Shown here one piece after another: positions 37,604 through 46,500 of a stretch of DNA of 64,000 nucleotides; positions within the stretch are counted from its first letter, which is position 1, and each line of letters starts with the position of its first letter. Source of the DNA: Candidatus Latescibacterota bacterium (GTDB lineage: Bacteria; Latescibacterota; UBA2968; UBA8231); NCBI GenBank assembly GCA_965203175.1, contig OZ241867.1, forward strand, positions 4,128,001 to 4,192,000. Reading direction: 5' to 3'. Below the pieces are notes generated by a model. That model was not told the DNA's origin. It did not search any database and saw nothing but the letters and a program-made list of their open reading frames with translations. The position numbers and the translations under genes were made by a program.

Positions 37604-38889
37604 GCGGTCTCAAGGGCGCGCGCTGCGGCCGTGCCTCGCTCCTCATCGACGAAGTAGAGGCAGATTCCGCCCGCGACGAAGAGGACGACGATCGACAAAA
37701 TCCCCACGCGCGGGCTGCCGGTCAGCACTCCAATCCAGCCCACGAGCACTGGACCGATGACCGCGGCGAATTTGCCTAGCATGTTGTAAAAGCCGAAAAA
37801 CTCCGCCGCGCGGTCGCGGGGAATGAGCCTTGAGTAGAGCGAGCGGCTCAGGGCTTGCACTCCGCCTTGGACTAGGCCGACGGCCACGGCTAAGGCATAA
37901 AATTCCCAGACGGCATCTAAGAAGTAGCCCCAGACCGTCGCCGCAATATAGACGGCTAGGCCGATGAATATCCCCTTGCGGGTGCCAATCCGCTCGCCGA
38001 GCCAGCCAAAGGCAATGGCCGCGGGGAAGCCCACGAACTGAGTGATGCCCAAGGCGATGAGCAAGTCGTTGGTGTCAAAGCCGAGGGACAAGCCGTAGTC
38101 GATGGCCATCCGGACGATGGTATCGACGCCGTCGATGTACAGCCAGTAGCCGATGAGAAAGACAAAGGTCGTGCGTAGCTGCCGAATGTCGCGGCCGGTC
38201 GAGATGAGCTGTCGATAGCCGGCCGAGACTGCGCTCCAGCCGCGGCGGGCACACACTGGAGGCGATTCCTCGACCCACAAAAAGAGCGGTAGCGAAAAGC
38301 CAGCCCACCAGATGGCGACTAGCAAAAAGCACACGCGCACCGCCTCGCTGGCATCGGCCAACCCGAAGGTCGTGGGATGGAGAACCATCACCACATTGAC
38401 CGCAAATAGCAAGCCGCCGCCCAGATAGCCGAGGCTGTATCCGAGCGCCGAGACCGAGTCGGACTTGTCGCGCTCGGCTACTTCTACGAGGAGTGCATCG
38501 TAAAAGGTATTGCCACCGGAGAAGCCGATGGCGGCCAAGACATAGACCACAACTGCCAGTTCCCACGCGCCTTGGGCGACCATGTAGAGGCACCCCGTGG
38601 CGAGGATGCCCAAGAAGGCAAAGGCAAACAGGAACTTGCGCCGGGTGCCGCCTTGGTCGGCAATAGCTCCTAAGAAGGGAGCTAGCAGCACGACGATCAG
38701 GCTGCTGAGCGAGTTGGCTAGCCCCAGTTGGAAGGTGCTCTCGGTGACATCGCTGCCGGCGCTCCAGTAGGATTTAAAAAATACCGGGAAGAAGGCGGCG
38801 ATGACCGTGGTGGCAAAGGCCGAGTTGGCCCAGTCGTACAAAGCCCAGGCGATGATCGGTTTTTTGGCGTTGGTCGGCATGGTCGGCAT
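37600..38889 (-). CDS. MFS transporter (UMF1/ATG22-like)
   Basis: AWALYDWANSAF, LAPFLGAIAD, FYDALL, QALSRSLYSRLIP, EFFGFY. Confidence 0.9.
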   Translation of the reverse strand: MPTMPTNAKKPIIAWALYDWANSAFATTVIAAFFPVFFKSYWSAGSDVTESTFQLGLANSLSSLIVVLLAPFLGAIADQGGTRRKFLFAFAFLGILATGCLYMVAQGAWELAVVVYVLAAIGFSGGNTFYDALLVEVAERDKSDSVSALGYSLGYLGGGLLFAVNVVMVLHPTTFGLADASEAVRVCFLLVAIWWAGFSLPLFLWVEESPPVCARRGWSAVSAGYRQLISTGRDIRQLRTTFVFLIGYWLYIDGVDTIVRMAIDYGLSLGFDTNDLLIALGITQFVGFPAAIAFGWLGERIGTRKGIFIGLAVYIAATVWGYFLDAVWEFYALAVAVGLVQGGVQALSRSLYSRLIPRDRAAEFFGFYNMLGKFAAVIGPVLVGWIGVLTGSPRVGILSIVVLFVAGGICLYFVDEERGTAAARALETA

Positions 38890-39024
38890 GGTATTGGTTG
38901 ACGCAGGGGGCACCCTTGGTTGGAGGTCGCCGTACCGATAACAGTATAAGGCAAAAAGGGTGCGGTTGCCGCCTACATCCTTTATGGCTAGCGTAGGGAG
39001 GTCTTTATAAAGGACGATTCCTAT

Positions 39025-40071
39025 ATGAACGATGAAACGTTCCACTCACTTGCTGTCGCAGAATGGCTGCGTTTTGACGCGGCTACTAATCCGTATGGGC
39101 CGTCGCCCCGGGTCCGGGAGGCAATGGCCGCTTTTGCCCGCACGGGTGATTTTAGTCGCTACAGCGACGAGGAACGCGCCGAGTCGTTGCGCGAAGACTT
39201 GGCGGCGCATTGGGGGCTTTCACCCGATCACTTCATCGTATACAACGGGTCTGGGGAGGCCGTGGTCTGGCTTTTCTTGGCGCGGTTGCTGCTAGAGCAG
39301 CAGCGCTTGCTCATTCCGTCTCCGTCGTACGAGCGCTTTGTGGCGTTGGGACAACGGTGTGCTGCTGAAGTGATCTCGGTGCCGCTGCACGAGGAAAATT
39401 TTGCGCTGGTGCCCGAGCGCTTTATCGAGGCGGGCCAGCAGTCGGGAGCGCGGGTGTTGCTGATGAGCAGCCCCAACAACCCCACGGGCAATCTCCTTTG
39501 CGGCGACGCGGAAATGACGCGCTTGCTCGACGAGTTGCCCAACTGCCTGTGCATTGTCGATGAAGCGTATGCAGACTATGCCGGCCATAGCCGCGTGCCT
39601 TGGGTACAAGAGCGGGAAAATTTGGTGGTGCTGCGGACCTTTTCCAAAGCATACGGCATGGCTGGTTTGCGGGTCGGCTACGCGGTTGGTCCTAAGCCCG
39701 TTATCGCCGCCCTCGATCAGATGCAGGTTCCCTGGGCAGTCAATGCGCTGTCGCTGGTGGCGGCACAGGCGGCGCTGGCCGACCAAGGCTATTTGCAGGA
39801 GGTCGTCGCGCAGGTCCGCGGCGATTGTCAGGCGCTCTACGAGGGGCTGAACGAGCGGCCGTGGTTGCGAGCCTATCCGAGCGCGGCGAATTTCTTTTGG
39901 GTGCGCTGTGAGGGAATCGGCTCGGAGCGGCTGCGGACGGGTTTGGAAAAGTGGCGAATCCGCGCCCGCTGGCGCCAAGACGCGCCCGGCTTTGTGCGGC
40001 TGACGTCGCTGCGCCCCCAAGACAACGAGTATTTGTTGGCAGCGCTCGATGAGGTCGGGCAATTAGATTAA
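39025..40071 (+). CDS. PLP-dependent class I/II aminotransferase, histidinol-phosphate aminotransferase family
   Basis: NPYGPSP, SPNNPTGN, VDEAY, RTFSKAYGMAGLRVGY. Confidence 0.85.
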   Translation: MNDETFHSLAVAEWLRFDAATNPYGPSPRVREAMAAFARTGDFSRYSDEERAESLREDLAAHWGLSPDHFIVYNGSGEAVVWLFLARLLLEQQRLLIPSPSYERFVALGQRCAAEVISVPLHEENFALVPERFIEAGQQSGARVLLMSSPNNPTGNLLCGDAEMTRLLDELPNCLCIVDEAYADYAGHSRVPWVQERENLVVLRTFSKAYGMAGLRVGYAVGPKPVIAALDQMQVPWAVNALSLVAAQAALADQGYLQEVVAQVRGDCQALYEGLNERPWLRAYPSAANFFWVRCEGIGSERLRTGLEKWRIRARWRQDAPGFVRLTSLRPQDNEYLLAALDEVGQLD

Positions 40072-40086
40072 CACAAGAGGAGGGGT

Positions 40087-41067
40087 ATGGAATACCGCAA
40101 TTTGGGCAAAGCTGGCATCAAGGTGTCCAAGGTGTGTTTGGGCACGGCTTTTCGCGGCGAAGAGGACGAGGGGGCCTGTATTGGGGTGGTGCAGCGGGCC
40201 TTGGACCTAGGCTGCAATTTTATCGATACGGCGCTGTATGGTGGGGGACGCTCTGAACAAGTAGTGGGCAAGGCCATTAAGGGACGGCGCGAGGAAGTGG
40301 TACTGACGACCAAGATTTTCGGCACCTTAGGCAATAGTCCCAATCACGTGGGGTTGTCGCGGGTCAATTTGCTGCGGGGCATTGAGGCGTCGCTGCAGCG
40401 GTTACAGACCGATTACGTCGATCTGTACTTGCTGCACTCCTTTGATCCGGTCACGCCGCTGGAGGAGACCTTGGGTGCGCTCGACGACATTGTGCGGCAG
40501 GGCAAGGCGCGCTACGTGGGATGCTCTAATTTCCCGCCGTGGAAGATCGTCGAGGCCCTGTGGATTTCGCAGCGCGAGCACTTGGCCACTTTTGCCTGTA
40601 TCCAGAATCAGTACAACCTGCTCAACCGCTGGGAGATGGAGCCGGAGCTGATGCCCATCTGCCGTCAGTTCGGCTTGGGCATTATGACCTACAGTCCGTT
40701 GGCTATCGGCCTGCTCTCCGGCCATTTCCGCCGTGGGCAAGAGCCGCCGCCGGGGACGCCGTGGAGTACGGACGAGCTGCGCGGCATGAGTCCGGGCAAA
40801 TACAATTTTGCCGAGGCCATGACCGAGCGGGTCGATACCATCGTCCAGGCGCTAATCGATATTGGGGCGCAGCACGGCAAGACCCCGGCGCAGGTAGCCA
40901 TTGCTTGGATTTTGGATCACGATGAGATCAGCGCTCCCATTTTGGGGGCTGACGAGCCAGCGCAGGTGGATGAGATCTGCGCCGGCTTGGACTGGTCCTT
41001 GGCACCAGAAGAGCGGGCTTTGTTGGACGAGGTCTCTGAGGTGAAAGGGCCGCAGAAATACGCGTGA
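40087..41067 (+). CDS. Aldo/keto reductase
   Basis: FIDTALYG, SLQRLQTDYVDLY, GKARYVGCSN, QNQYNLL, YSPLA.GLLSG. Confidence 0.93.
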   Translation: MEYRNLGKAGIKVSKVCLGTAFRGEEDEGACIGVVQRALDLGCNFIDTALYGGGRSEQVVGKAIKGRREEVVLTTKIFGTLGNSPNHVGLSRVNLLRGIEASLQRLQTDYVDLYLLHSFDPVTPLEETLGALDDIVRQGKARYVGCSNFPPWKIVEALWISQREHLATFACIQNQYNLLNRWEMEPELMPICRQFGLGIMTYSPLAIGLLSGHFRRGQEPPPGTPWSTDELRGMSPGKYNFAEAMTERVDTIVQALIDIGAQHGKTPAQVAIAWILDHDEISAPILGADEPAQVDEICAGLDWSLAPEERALLDEVSEVKGPQKYA

Positions 41068-41080
41068 AGGAGATGCATCC

Positions 41081-41179
41081 ATGAACAGACGCAGACTCCC
41101 CACCGGCATCCAGACCTTCCGCGAGGTCCGCTTTAATCGTATGAATAAGCATGATGCGGCTCCTGTGTGTAGGGTTTAG
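41081..41179 (+). pseudogene. N-terminal relic of an AAA-ATPase-like (PF09820-type) gene
   Basis: RBS + MNRRRLPTGIQTFREVR, matching the family start (xxLPxGIQxFxExR), then unrelated sequence and TAG at 41177-41179. Confidence 0.6.
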
Positions 41180-41265
41180 ATGCAATCTGCGGCGATTACG
41201 AATAGATCTAAAGCAGGGCTGCACCACGACTTAGCTTACTGTTGTGTGATTAGCAGGAGAAGTAT

Positions 41266-41772
41266 ATGGCTCTAATCGAGAATCTGGAACATGAAGGCTG
41301 GGAAGAATTTCTTCGGGATAGTTTCCGGTATGCACTCGAGGTCTTGAAGAATGATCGCTTTAGACCTGTCGGTAGTTCTGTGGACGATCTAAAAAGTTGG
41401 CTTACTGCGGGTGGAGTCGCCCGAGTCCGCACACATCTCAACAAGCAGATGGAAATGCGCCGTTTTCCCTCATCCCGAAAATCGGCAGTCAACGACTGCA
41501 TTGAGCAGTTGGTGCGAGAGAACCGGGGTGCGCTTCTGGACTTGATGGCCGATGGTATTGTCCCTACTACAAGGCAGGAGCAGTTCGAGATCTACGGCCT
41601 GCCAGAACAGGACTTCCAAGATATTCTCAGCCGTATAGTAGCAGGTGAACGCCCCTTTGAAGAATGGATGCATGCACATGGACATTCTGACGAAGAGATA
41701 GAGGAGATCTATAGGATGGTTGACCAATGGTTGATGCAGAAGGGGATCATTCCCCAGAGGTCAGGAGAGTAA
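41266..41772 (+). CDS. Hypothetical protein (168 aa, helical, acidic)
   Basis: AGGAG RBS and ATG start; clean ORF with no recognisable motif. Confidence 0.7.
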   Translation: MALIENLEHEGWEEFLRDSFRYALEVLKNDRFRPVGSSVDDLKSWLTAGGVARVRTHLNKQMEMRRFPSSRKSAVNDCIEQLVRENRGALLDLMADGIVPTTRQEQFEIYGLPEQDFQDILSRIVAGERPFEEWMHAHGHSDEEIEEIYRMVDQWLMQKGIIPQRSGE

Positions 41773-41820
41773 AATTTGGTGTATGATCTGTGTGAGTTGG
41801 TCTAAAACAGGCTTTGGGCT

Positions 41821-41913
41821 TGTGAGAACACCCATGTGCCTCTGCTTTCCCATACTGACCTTCGAACCTACGGAACCCTGATCGACTAGGAGACCGGAAT
41901 ATGGATGCGCTGC
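41821..41913 (+). repeat. Left degenerate direct repeat: decayed copy of the 5' end of the HAD gene at 54468
   Basis: tgtgagaacacccatgtgcctctgc..catactgaccttcga.acctacggaaccctgatcgactaggagaccgg...ggatgcgctgc aligns with 54455-54552, with indels and TGG>TAG. Confidence 0.9.
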
Positions 41914-41958
41914 TCTCGTGTCAGGACTTCGTTGGGTAGATCCTAGTTCACGCTATCC

Positions 41959-43545
41959 TTATTCCTCGGTCGTGATGTCCCTCGGCTTTGCTAGGTCTCG
42001 GGCGAGGCTTTCACAGAGGCTGATCGCAGACAGGCAAAACGTAGCTGCGATTGGCACGGACACGATACTCCCCTCTCTGTGCTGTCCGAAGTTACCGACC
42101 GAGTGGAGGTGGTCCACGAGTAAGCACGTTTGCTTCGTTACAAATCTTGAGACGGGGTCGTGGTCCTCTGTCCCTGTGATGAGACGCAGTATGCCGCACT
42201 GCGGCCCGCGTTTCCTAGGGAGCCGATCCCCTTCATCGAACTTTACCCCCACGAACTTCCAGTTATGTGGCATAGACCTGTTTGCTGGGAGTTCGGCTTC
42301 CCAGATTAGATCCAGCGCACGTTCAGCGATGCTTCGGGCCCAGTTTACAGATTGGGTTGGCTCGGGGAGCAGGTCCCGGATTGCCTTCTCAATATCCCCG
42401 AGAAGCCTTGAATCCGCCCCGGTGATCTGAGCGAGACGGAGTTCGAGGAGGCTTTGAATGTTGCTCTCGAAGCGCTCCGCATCGTCGAATAGCCGCCGCA
42501 GGTTCTCCACCTCGCCCGCTTGCTGCTGCGCATACTGGTCCATCAAGCGACATGACGACCGGAGCTTGTTGCCGGACGGACAGGCAAATCCTTGTAGTTC
42601 GAGATCGCGCCTCCGCTGGTCCGGCACTTCGGAGAGTGGCACCTCGCCGTTGGCGAGTTCGGCCAGATTGGACCGAAGTTCGATAGGGCAGTTATCCCAT
42701 AGGGCTGCGAGCAAATCGCGTTTTTCTTTGGCCGTCTCCTTTGCGATCGCGTCCACGTGCGATTTGGAGAGCGATGTGCCTTGGGGTGCTCCGACGAGGA
42801 GCCGCTCTGCCAGACTAGCTGCCAGAATCGGAACGCCGCCGGTCCAATTGGCAATCTCCTTGAGAGCAGAACTATCTAACGTGACGTCATGCAGTTTGAA
42901 GGGATTGAGGAAACCGCTCCAGTCATGGTCCTTGAAGCAACCGACCTCCAACGGGGAGTCGTAGAAAATCTCCCAGAAGTCTGATGTCCGAGACTCCTCG
43001 GTCTTGCAAATCTCCCGGAGTCTTCGTCGGCTTCCAGTCACAAGGCGGAGGCTGGCCTTCTGGCCGAGGTCGCGCATTTCGTCCCAAAGGTTTCTTGTTA
43101 TGCCGCTTCCGGCGAGAACGTGGTCGAACCCGTCGAGTACTGCGAGGAGGCGAAGCCCCTTGTGCTCCATATCGTCGAAGACGAGCTGAAGAAGATCGCG
43201 TAGCCCTTCCTCTTCGAGCTCCAAATACTCGGCAAGCTCAGGCTGCACCGACTGGAGGGTATCTTTGATTCGTTCCGCGAAACGCTGGCGGAACTCTTCA
43301 TCCGTCATGGGAGTGCCATGTCGGAAATCCCAGTACAAGGAGGTAACGTAATGATCTCCTGCGTCCTTAAAGTGAGAAGCAAGGTGGTTCAGGAGCACCG
43401 ACTTTCCGAACAACGGAGGACCTACGACGCACATGTGATCCGGCGTTGGCTTAGTCAGGTGGCGACATAGCTCTACAAAAAGCCGCTCGCGGCCGAGCAT
43501 CGGCGGGATTCCTACACCGAGGACTTGGTAGGGATTGTCGCTCAT
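41959..43545 (-). CDS. STAND/AAA-like ATPase with putative HEPN (DUF4145-like) C-terminal domain
   Basis: NPY...MLGRE, VGPPLFGKS (Walker A), VLDGFD (Walker B-like), WTGGVP; tail ARSIAERAL...HLHSVGNFGQH; ATGA overlap with upstream gene. Confidence 0.75.
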   Translation of the reverse strand: MSDNPYQVLGVGIPPMLGRERLFVELCRHLTKPTPDHMCVVGPPLFGKSVLLNHLASHFKDAGDHYVTSLYWDFRHGTPMTDEEFRQRFAERIKDTLQSVQPELAEYLELEEEGLRDLLQLVFDDMEHKGLRLLAVLDGFDHVLAGSGITRNLWDEMRDLGQKASLRLVTGSRRRLREICKTEESRTSDFWEIFYDSPLEVGCFKDHDWSGFLNPFKLHDVTLDSSALKEIANWTGGVPILAASLAERLLVGAPQGTSLSKSHVDAIAKETAKEKRDLLAALWDNCPIELRSNLAELANGEVPLSEVPDQRRRDLELQGFACPSGNKLRSSCRLMDQYAQQQAGEVENLRRLFDDAERFESNIQSLLELRLAQITGADSRLLGDIEKAIRDLLPEPTQSVNWARSIAERALDLIWEAELPANRSMPHNWKFVGVKFDEGDRLPRKRGPQCGILRLITGTEDHDPVSRFVTKQTCLLVDHLHSVGNFGQHREGSIVSVPIAATFCLSAISLCESLARDLAKPRDITTEE

Positions 43546-46500
43546 TGTTCATCCCCCAGTGTCGTGGAGTTGTAATTATTTCTATGGCTAGCTCCATAGC
43601 CACTGCCGTCTCCCCGGCCCCGCCCATCGCCGAGCCCGTACCCGTACCCACTGCCGTCTCCCTGCCCCCGGCCGTCGTACCCACCACTTATCTCTTCACT
43701 TTCGCGGACAGCTTGTTGGCGCTGATCCTCGAAGTCGATGTTGCGTCGTATCCAAGCGGCCATCAGAGGAACTGCGAGCATATATGCTGAGCCTCGTGCT
43801 GTCTCTTGGAGTTCAAGGAGTTCGAGCTCACGGAGAAACTCTAGATCGTCTCCTAAGCGGTCTTCTTGAGGGAGAGCAATGCCGTACTCCTCGAGCTTCG
43901 TCTCCAGCAAACTCAGTGTGATGGGATCCGGCTCTCCCTCTAGCTGCTGGCACAATGCTAGGATAAAACGTCTACGCTCTGTTTCAGCGTAACCCCACAG
44001 CGTGCGGAAGTGTTCGTTATCCTTCACCATCTCTTGAGCTGTCGTGTTTACCGTCCCTACCGTCACTGTTCGCTCACCCGAACGAGCGGCGTGATCGAAA
44101 ATCCGGTTGCACAAGGACTGGATCAGGAAGGGTTGTTGTGAACACAGTTCGACTACGCGATTCCTCGCCTCGGGCACGTACGTGAACCGCTCCATGACCG
44201 GCTGTGTCACGAGGAGGCGGGCATCCTCCAGTGGAAGTTCGCGTACGGAGACTGGGTGGCCGAACCCGAAGAGCGTTGACCAATACTCCTTCCGCAGTCG
44301 CGTGAGCCGATATGAGCCGGTGAGTATAGCTGACATGTCCGAGTAAGTGTGGAGCAGGTAGCGGATGTTCTCCGGGACCTGTGAGCTTGTGATCTTGGCG
44401 TCGATCCCTTCTTGGAGTTTGTCGAACTCATCGAGCATGAGTAGGAGGCGTCGCGGACTGGCAGCCTCTAGGACAGACTGTATATAAAGTTCGAAGATCT
44501 CGAAGGGTCGCGCTCCAGAGAACGCTGTTGAGAGAGCTTTCGCAAACGTGACCTTGAATGGCTTATCCGGGTCAGGGGAATTCATGTCTGGGAGCCACAC
44601 TCGAAGCCCTGCGTCATGTGTCGCCCAGCCGATGTCGCGCGCCATAAGTCTGAAGACCTCGTTGGTGGGCAAACCGGCCTTGCTTTCGTGGCCTTCGCCA
44701 CCTTGTAGGGAGCAGTACACGACAATCCAGCCCGGAAGCACGTTGGGAGCCTGCAGGCGCTTGAGAATTGAGGTCTTGCCTGTTCTGCGGTTGCCTTCTA
44801 GAAAGATGACGTTGGCTTGGTGGCTGGTAGAGAGCTGTCGCTGAATCGTGTCGATGATGTCTTGGCGTCCGAAGAACATCTCCTCACGATCAATTGGGCT
44901 TCCGACGATGTATGGGCTGGTGCCGAGCTCAGCGAGGTGGACGGCCTCTCGCGTGGAACGAATCTCTACCGCAAGTGGCAGTTCACCAGATACAGGCTGT
45001 CCGTCAAGGCGGTCGGCTTGCCATCGAAGCTCGAACTGGAATGGCCTGGTCTCTGTACGCGCTGGGATCTTCGCCGTAAAACTGAGCATCTCGTCCTCAG
45101 CGAGGTAGCCGATATGGGTCGAGCCGACCGGGGGTGATGTGGAGACCGAGACGTTGCGCAGCGCTAGAGGCGACAGGTTTTTCACGCGGATCTGGATTTC
45201 GTTCTCCGTCCCCGCTACGACCGCGCTCGGTTCAATACTCGGATCCAATTCGATGTCTTCTAGGAGGGAGTCCAACTCGGCCCGAACGAGCTGGGAAATC
45301 CTTCTGGTGACATCTATCGCAGAGGCGAATGCCGGCAGCAGCGTCTCTTTGACAGGAAGCCCCGAGTGGAATCCCACACCGGACTTCCATCCTGCCAAAT
45401 AGGAATCTCCTCGTCTTCTGATCGTCGAATAGACCTCCTTAAGGCGGTGCTGTGCGCTGTCGAGGAGCGCCATGCGCCCCGACCCGGGTGGTACGTGATT
45501 CAGGCCCTGTAGCATCTTCACGGCCTCCGCGAGATCCTTCAGCCACGAGGCGAATTGAGGGGAAGTGCGCGATTGAGCGACCTGATTTTGGAGTTCCCAG
45601 ACCGAATGAGCAACCCGTTCCAAAAGTGCCACGCGGCTGGCCGTCTGGTCCGATCTCCGCAACTCTTGCACATCGGGAGATCCCATCAACCATGAGACAA
45701 CCAACTCCTCGCTGTCGCCCGTCAGGATACGTACGAGGGCGGCAAAGGGATCGTCTCCCTCCTCATCCATCTGCTTTACAATATGCTCTTGGATCGGAAC
45801 TTGCGGCACCAAGACGGGAAGATGTCGTAGCGTTCGAATGGAGAGGTGCTGGATAGTTGCCCCACGTACGTGACCACGGATCCATTCTTGGTAGGCATCA
45901 GAGGCGAGGAGACTCTTCAAAAACTGTGAAGAGATCTGTTCCTTGGGGCGTATGACGACCAAGCTCTTGGCGGCCACTGAGTCCACGGTACCTGTCGGCT
46001 CGGACACGATCGCCAGTTTTCCGATGGTGCCAGAGATGGTGAGCAGGATATCGCCGGCACGTAGCCGGTGCTTCGGATGCACTCGTTCGCTACTTCCATT
46101 GGTCAGGAAGATGGATGGAGGTTGTATACCAGTGCGGTTCACATCCGCTACGCGTACGAGGCCAGCGAACACCGATGGATCGTCTCCGTGCGGCGTGGTT
46201 ACTGACTTCCTGTACGAAACACCGGTAAAAATCTCCGCTACCTTGTTGAGTGGCTGTATGGAGACTTCGACATCCGCCTCTTGCAGAGCTTGAAGAAAGC
46301 GAGACAGAGCTTCCTCACCTGTTCGCTTAGCAACCAACTCCCAGTCCCTAGTCTTGAGTTCCTTGACCGGGGTTTCCCAGAGGCTGCCGTTTGGTGTGCC
46401 GCTCCTGAATTCGTCAGCGATACTGCGCACCGCTTCGCCTGCCTTCTCACGGCTGAACCCGTCTTCTGGTCGGATAGAGGGCCACTCCTCTACCTGCATG

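Noticed and set aside
39025-40071. Naming this gene hisC
   Set aside because: Family motifs are present, but there is no his operon context and the N-terminal motif is divergent, so the substrate cannot be assigned.
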